Shown here in pieces: positions 58,684-64,000 of a stretch of DNA of 64,000 nucleotides. The DNA is taken from assembly GCA_963716255.1 (NCBI GenBank), contig OY970303.1, positions 1,984,001 through 2,048,000 of the forward strand, in the 5' to 3' direction. The stretch is from an uncultured Gemmatimonadales bacterium. Lineage in GTDB: Bacteria > Gemmatimonadota > Gemmatimonadetes > Longimicrobiales > Longimicrobiaceae. The first letter of the stretch is position 1. Each line of letters starts with the position of its first letter. The notes under the pieces are model-generated. The model worked only from the letters and a program-made list of their open reading frames with translations, made no database searches and was not told where the DNA came from. A program made the translations under genes and the position numbers.

Positions 58684-61503
58684 ATGGCGACCCAGCGCGT
58701 CCTCTGCTTCGAGGCCCCCACGCGGGAGGCGCTCGACCGCATCGCCTCCGACCCCGCCCCCGCGGGCGTCCCGTGCGGCCCGCCGCGCATCGACCTGTTC
58801 CGCGAGGTGTTCTACGACACCCCGGCCGGGGAGCTGGAGCGCCGCGGGATCCGGGTGTGCCTCCTCATCCGCGCCGACGGCGGGAGCACGCTGGCGGTGG
58901 AGGCGCGCGACCCCGCCGGGGAGGCCTCGCCCAAGCGCGCCGCCGCCGACCTGGACGCCTCCGACCCGCAGGAGGTCTTCGCCGGCGACTCCGAGCCGGC
59001 GCGGCTCCTCCGCGCCGCCATCGACCCCGCGCGCCTCGCCCCGCGGCTGGAGCTGGAGACCACCCGGCGCCTGCGCGACGTGGACCCCGACGGCCGCGGC
59101 GAGAGCGGCGCGACGCTGGCCTGCGACGCCACGGTGGCCCGGAGCGGGCGCGCCGCGGGCGAGCTCTACGGGGTGGTGCTGCGCATCCCCGACGGCGCGC
59201 TCCCCGACCTGGACGGCGTGGCCGGCGAGCTGGCCGGCGCCTTCGGGCTGCGCCCCACGGCCGAGGAGCTGCCGGGGCGCGCCCTGGTCCTGCTGGCGCA
59301 CCAGGGGCGGCGCCCGGGGGGCACCCCGCACGGCGACGCGGGCGCCTCCACCGCGCTCCACCCCGGGCAGAGGGCGGTGGGCGGCCGCGGCGCCGGGCCG
59401 ACCATGCTCCCCGCCAACGTGATCCCGGAGGGCGACGAGGACGGCGGGGCGGAGATCCCCCCCGGCTCGCTGCTCAACATGGAGCTGAGCACGCTGGCCT
59501 TCAACCGGCGCGTGCTGGTGCTCGCCGAGGACCCGCGCACCCCGCTGCTGGAGCGGGTGCGCTTCGTCTCCATCTTCGGCGCCAACCTGGACGAGTTCTT
59601 CCGCGTGCGGGTGGCCGGCTTCAAGCAGCAGGTGGCCGCCGGGAGCAGCAAGCGCACCATGGACGGCGCCACAGCGCGCGAGCAGCTGGACGTGATGCGC
59701 GCGCGGGCCGGCGACCTGGCCCGCCGCGCCTACGAGCTGCTGCACGACCGGCTCCTGCCGGAGCTGGCCGGGCACGGCATCCACGTCCTGTCCACGAACG
59801 CGCTGGTCGACGAGGAGCACGCGTACCTGCGCGGCTACTACCGCGAAAAGGTGCACCCGCTCCTCCTCCCGCTGGCGGCGGGGCCCGGGCACCCCTTCCC
59901 CCACATCCGCAACCTGCGCCCCGCCCTGGCCGTGCTGGCGCGCGACCCGCACGACGGCGAGAACCGCCTGTCCGTGCTGGCGCTCCCCGGCGAGCTGCCG
60001 CGGCTGGTCCCCCTCCCCGGCGGCGACCGCCTGGTGCCGCTGGAGGAGGTGGTCCGCGCCCACCTGCGCGAGGTGTACCCCGGCGCGGAGGTGGTGCACG
60101 CCTGCCTCTTCCGGGTCACCCGCAGCGCCGAGCTCCACGTCCCCAAGGGGGCCGCGGTGGAGGACCTGCTGCGCACGGTGGAGGAGGAGCTGGCCAAGCG
60201 CCCCTTCCGCCCGGTGGTGCGGCTGGAGGTGGAGCGGGGGATGGCGCCCGAGATCCGCCGGCTGCTGCTGCGCGAGCTGCGCTTCGACGCCCGCGACCAG
60301 CCCGCCGCCCTGGACGACGCCGACGTGGACGAGGTGGACGGGCTGATCGACCTGCGGGCGCTGCGCGAGGTCGGCGGGCTCCCCTACCCCGAGCTGCGCT
60401 ACCCCGCGTTCCGCAACCGCGACCCGCTGCAGGGCGCCGCCTCGGTCATGGCGGCGCTGTGGGAGCGCGAGGTGCTGGTCCACTTTCCCTACGACAGCTT
60501 CGAGGGAACGGTGGAGCGCTTCCTCCTGGAGGCCGCCGACGACCCCGACGTCGTCTCCATCCGGCTGGCGCTGTACCGCACCAACCGCTCGTCGCGCATC
60601 GTGGAGGCGCTGCGGCGCGCCAGCGACCGCGGCAAGGAGGTGGTGGCGCTGGTGGAGCTCACCGCGCGCTTCGACGAGCAGCGCAACGTGGAGTGGGCGC
60701 ACTACCTCCAGGCCTCCGGGATCCGCGTCGTCTACGGCGTCCCCGGGCAGAAGATCCACGCCAAGGTGGCGCTGGCGACCCGCCGCGAGGGCACCGGCGA
60801 GCGCCGCTACGTGTACATCGGCACCGGCAACCTGAACGCCGCCACCTCCGCCGCCTACACCGACTTGGGCGTCCTCAGCGCCGACCCCGCGCTGGCGGCG
60901 GACGCGGCGCACCTGTTCGCCCTGCTGGCCGGCGAGGAGAAGGAGCCCCGCTTCCACTCGCTGCTGGTGGCGCCCTTCAACATGCGCGAGCGCTTCCTGG
61001 AGATGATCGCGCGGGAAGCGGAGCACGCGCGCTACGGCCGCGGCGGGCACATCCGCGTCAAGGTCAACGGCCTGGCCGACCGCGAGATGATCGGCGCGCT
61101 GTACCGCGCCTCCCGCGCGGGGGTACGCGTGGAGCTGATCGTGCGCGGCATCTGCTGCCTGCGCCCCGGCGTTCCCGGGTACAGCGAGAACATCCGCGTG
61201 CTCAGCATCCTGGGCCGCTTCCTGGAGCACGCGCGCATCTTCCGCTTCCACAACGCCGGCGACCCCGAGTACTACATCGGCTCCGCCGACTGGCGCACCC
61301 GCAACCTCGCCACCCGCGTGGAAGTGGTCGCCCCCGTCGCCGACCCCGCCCACCGCGCGGAGCTGGACGCGATCCTGGAAGAGCAGCTCGACCATCCCGA
61401 CGCCTGGGAGCTGGGCTCGGACGGCTCGTACCACCGCCGGCCCGAAGCGCCCCCCCAGGCCGCAGACCCGAACGCGGGCCCCCGGCCCATGGACGTGACA
61501 TGA
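58684..61503 (+). CDS. ppk1: Polyphosphate kinase 1 with N-terminal CYTH-like domain
   Basis: ELS.LAFN.RVL, NLDEFF.VRV, HPFP, ARFDE, KIHAK, GTGN, RFLEH, SADW..RNL. Confidence 0.95.
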   Translation: MATQRVLCFEAPTREALDRIASDPAPAGVPCGPPRIDLFREVFYDTPAGELERRGIRVCLLIRADGGSTLAVEARDPAGEASPKRAAADLDASDPQEVFAGDSEPARLLRAAIDPARLAPRLELETTRRLRDVDPDGRGESGATLACDATVARSGRAAGELYGVVLRIPDGALPDLDGVAGELAGAFGLRPTAEELPGRALVLLAHQGRRPGGTPHGDAGASTALHPGQRAVGGRGAGPTMLPANVIPEGDEDGGAEIPPGSLLNMELSTLAFNRRVLVLAEDPRTPLLERVRFVSIFGANLDEFFRVRVAGFKQQVAAGSSKRTMDGATAREQLDVMRARAGDLARRAYELLHDRLLPELAGHGIHVLSTNALVDEEHAYLRGYYREKVHPLLLPLAAGPGHPFPHIRNLRPALAVLARDPHDGENRLSVLALPGELPRLVPLPGGDRLVPLEEVVRAHLREVYPGAEVVHACLFRVTRSAELHVPKGAAVEDLLRTVEEELAKRPFRPVVRLEVERGMAPEIRRLLLRELRFDARDQPAALDDADVDEVDGLIDLRALREVGGLPYPELRYPAFRNRDPLQGAASVMAALWEREVLVHFPYDSFEGTVERFLLEAADDPDVVSIRLALYRTNRSSRIVEALRRASDRGKEVVALVELTARFDEQRNVEWAHYLQASGIRVVYGVPGQKIHAKVALATRREGTGERRYVYIGTGNLNAATSAAYTDLGVLSADPALAADAAHLFALLAGEEKEPRFHSLLVAPFNMRERFLEMIAREAEHARYGRGGHIRVKVNGLADREMIGALYRASRAGVRVELIVRGICCLRPGVPGYSENIRVLSILGRFLEHARIFRFHNAGDPEYYIGSADWRTRNLATRVEVVAPVADPAHRAELDAILEEQLDHPDAWELGSDGSYHRRPEAPPQAADPNAGPRPMDVT

Positions 61504-62408
61504 TGGACCCCGCGCGCATCCCGCGGCGCCACGGCGCCGCCCTGCTCCTCCTGGCCGCGGCGGCGTGCGCCCCCGGCGAGGTCCCCGGCGCCGCGGCGGC
61601 GGCCGAGACCTGCCAGGTGGTGGAGCGCTCCGTCCCCCTCCCGGACGACGTCGCCGAGACCAGCGGCCTGGCCGAGAGCCGCGTCCGCCCCGGCATCTTC
61701 TGGACGCACAACGACTCCGGCGGCGACCCGGTGCTGTACGCCGTGAACGCCGGCGGACAGCTCCTGGGGACCGTGCGGGTGACCGGCGCCGAGGCAAAAG
61801 ACTGGGAGGACATCGCCGTGGGCCCCTGCCCCGCCGGGAGCTGCATCTACATCGGCGACACCGGCGACAACGACGGCAAGCGCAAGGACGTGGAGGTGTA
61901 CCGCGTCCCCGAGCCCGCCCCCACCGCGGCGGCCACCGCCCCGGCCGAGCGCTTCAAGCTGCGCTATCCCCAGCAGGCCCGCGACTCCGAAGCGCTGTTC
62001 GTGCTCCCCGACGGCACCCTGTACCTGGTCACCAAGGGGCGCCGCAACCCCGTGGAGCTGTTCCGCGCCGCCGCGCCGCTGCGCGCCGGCACCACCACCG
62101 TGCTCCAGCGGGTCTCGGGGCTCAGCTCCAGCGAGCCGGGGAGGATCAACCAGGTCACCGGCGCCGCGGCCACGCCGGACGGGCGCCGCGTGGCGGTGCG
62201 CACCTACACCGGGCTGTACATCTTCCGCACCGCCGAGCTGCTCTCCGGCGACGAGCCCGCGGCCGAGCGGGTGGACCTGGCGCCGCTCGCCGAGCCCCAG
62301 GGGGAGGCCGTGGAGATCCGCAGCGACGGCACCGTGTTCCTGACCAGCGAGTCTCCGGGGAAGGGGGAGCCCGCGGTGCTGTCGCAGCTGTCGTGCAGCA
62401 TGCAATGA
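61500..62408 (+). CDS. Beta-propeller lipoprotein (SdiA-regulated/phytase-like pattern)
   Basis: ATGA overlap with ppk1; lipobox AAAC; ETSG, HNDSG, DWEDI, DTGDN, DSEA, QGEA. Confidence 0.8.
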   Translation: MMDPARIPRRHGAALLLLAAAACAPGEVPGAAAAAETCQVVERSVPLPDDVAETSGLAESRVRPGIFWTHNDSGGDPVLYAVNAGGQLLGTVRVTGAEAKDWEDIAVGPCPAGSCIYIGDTGDNDGKRKDVEVYRVPEPAPTAAATAPAERFKLRYPQQARDSEALFVLPDGTLYLVTKGRRNPVELFRAAAPLRAGTTTVLQRVSGLSSSEPGRINQVTGAAATPDGRRVAVRTYTGLYIFRTAELLSGDEPAAERVDLAPLAEPQGEAVEIRSDGTVFLTSESPGKGEPAVLSQLSCSMQ

Positions 62409-62434
62409 GGCGAGTTGCTCTGAACTGCGGGGTT

Positions 62435-62563
62435 GGGCGTGCCCCCGGCTGGCGCCGGGGTCGGGCTTCGGCTCCGTAAGCCAGCAAACAACGCTGGCTA
62501 ACGGAGTCGAGCCCCGCGAAACTGCCCGCGGGTCTCGCCCCTTCGGGCCGTAATCCCTCACGC
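62435..62563 (+). repeat. Structured element A, copy 14
   Basis: Full core; variable stem AGCCAGC/GCTGGCT. Confidence 0.95.
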
Positions 62564-62597
62564 AACAGCTTGCCCGTACTCAATTTCCAACAGTTGT

Positions 62598-62698
62598 CCC
62601 CTCTCCCGGAATCGGGAGAGGGTGGCGGCTCTAAGGCCGCCGGGTGAGGGCCCTGCGAAAGGCGCCCCCGCCGGGATCTCCCGGCGGGGGCGCCTTTC
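62598..62698 (+). repeat. REP-like module B plus hairpin module C
   Basis: Same B-C arrangement as 46519-46643. Confidence 0.8.
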
Positions 62699-62739
62699 AG
62701 CGTATTTCATACTCCGTAGTGCCGTTCAGCCTCGGCGGG

Positions 62740-63507
62740 TCAGCGCAGCACCGACATAGGCTTCTGCATGACCGGCTCCAGCAGGCTCCCCACCTCGATG
62801 CCGCGCCGGGCGAGCCGCATCCGCTTCAGGGCCAGCCACAGCATGGTGATGTGCGAGAGCACCAGGGCCACCTGCACCAGCTTCAGGCTGGGGGTCCAGG
62901 CACCCTCCACACGGATCCAGACGAGGGCGGCGTACGAGATGACGTTCAGGCTGATGGCGATCGCGTACACCAGCATCGCCAGCCACAGGTAGCGGTCCAT
63001 CGCGTCCATGACCAGCGCGACCAGGAGCGCGGAGAACAGCACGATGAGCTCCAGCACGTTCGCCGAGGCGGTGGACGAATAGAACCTGGCGGAAACAAAG
63101 CTTCCCTCGTTCCACCCCAGGATCCCGCCCGCCGCCATCGCCAGGACCAGGAACACGACACCGCCGGCAACCAGGCGCCGCTCGAAGCGGGCGATCCACG
63201 GCAGAGAGCAAAGCAGCAGCCCGAGTCCCACCATCAGAAAGGTACGGCTCTGGGTGAACGCGGGGTTCGAGCGCAGGAACGCGTCCCACACCGGTGTCCC
63301 CTTGCCGGCGGAGTACGCCCAGGGAGCGAACAGGCACAGCTGCCCCACCGCGTTGACGCCGCCGATCACGAAGGTGATGCCCGTGAGCTGCCAGGCCAGG
63401 CGATGGACGCGGGCACCCGGGAGCTCCCGCGCCCCGACCAGCAGGATCGCGGTCCCGGCGAGGAGCTTCGCGAGCGCCCATACGATTTGGAGCGCGAGGA
63501 CGATCAC
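62740..63507 (-). CDS. Multi-pass (about 7 TM) membrane protein
   Basis: About seven hydrophobic segments; GAGG + GTG start, uncertain. Confidence 0.75.
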   Translation of the reverse strand: MIVLALQIVWALAKLLAGTAILLVGARELPGARVHRLAWQLTGITFVIGGVNAVGQLCLFAPWAYSAGKGTPVWDAFLRSNPAFTQSRTFLMVGLGLLLCSLPWIARFERRLVAGGVVFLVLAMAAGGILGWNEGSFVSARFYSSTASANVLELIVLFSALLVALVMDAMDRYLWLAMLVYAIAISLNVISYAALVWIRVEGAWTPSLKLVQVALVLSHITMLWLALKRMRLARRGIEVGSLLEPVMQKPMSVLR

Positions 63508-63662
63508 TGCTTGCCACCTCTGGAATGGACCGGCGGCCCGCCGCCCGGGCAGCCGTTCACGGTGACCTGTCGAAAAACGGGGGCCGGCATGCCGGCAGGA
63601 CAAGGTCCCCCGGCGGGAGGAGCGCCGAGCTCACCCTCCGGCGGGGGACCCGCACCCGGGGG

Positions 63663-63998
63663 TCAGCCGCCGATGGGCGAGCTGGGATCGTTGGGATCGT
63701 CGCAGTCCGGCGGGCAGGTGCCCACGCCGTTCACCGACTCGAACGTTTCCACCGCCATGGTGTTGCCGCCCCAGCCCGGCTGGTGGCCCTCCGGGTACAT
63801 CTCCACCACCACCCGCGCGACGTGGTGCTTGGGATCGTTGATCACCAGCTCGATGTCGCGGTTGTGGTCGCCGCCCTTGAGCTTGATCACGTGGCTCTTG
63901 GGGTGCTTCGCGCCCTTCTTGAAGACGTGCTTGCCCTCCAGCTTGTACAGCTCCTGCTCTTCCGCCTTCTCACCGTGCTTGGTGATGGCGCAGCGGCT
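63663..63998 (-). CDS. Small protein ending in TCPPDC motif (5' end outside window)
   Basis: Frame open to the window edge with GC-rich third positions. Confidence 0.75.
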   Translation of the reverse strand, partial: SRCAITKHGEKAEEQELYKLEGKHVFKKGAKHPKSHVIKLKGGDHNRDIELVINDPKHHVARVVVEMYPEGHQPGWGGNTMAVETFESVNGVGTCPPDCDDPNDPSSPIGG

Positions 63999-64000
63999 GG

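Noticed and set aside
12731..62561. Recurring ORF peptides such as MRDYGPKGRD.., YGAEARPRRQPG and GWRRGRASAP as a protein family
   Set aside because: They are translations of element A in GC-rich DNA with few stops. Neighbouring genes (eamA-like, cupin, amidohydrolase) have better downstream starts.
3065..62563. Element A as a CRISPR array
   Set aside because: Copies are dispersed, not tandem; the variable parts are self-complementary stems that recur between copies; no cas genes.

Overview
Very GC-rich bacterial chromosome segment. SusC/SusD pairs, a tonB-exbB-exbD-exbD cluster and the gene style suggest Gemmatimonadota (Longimicrobium-like); this is inference. About 55 genes are supportable: hydrolases, transporters, two SusC/SusD pairs, sensor kinases, argR, DNA polymerase IV, and a terC/alx gene behind a yybP-ykoY (Mn2+) riboswitch. 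No rRNA, tRNA, CRISPR array or transposase was seen. Two things stand out. (1) A ~130-nt intergenic element occurs 14 times. It has invariant junctions, fully compensatory variable stems and long-range covariation, and sits in mosaics with other repeat modules. (2) A translationally coupled five-gene operon encodes a DUF4956-like membrane protein, a metallophosphoesterase lipoprotein, an atypical-kinase/Omp85 barrel fusion, a CYTH-like/PPK1 fusion and a beta-propeller lipoprotein, and looks like an envelope polyphosphate system. A CPPxC-tailed small protein plus multi-TM partner lies at the right edge. Family calls come from motif recognition, not database searches.
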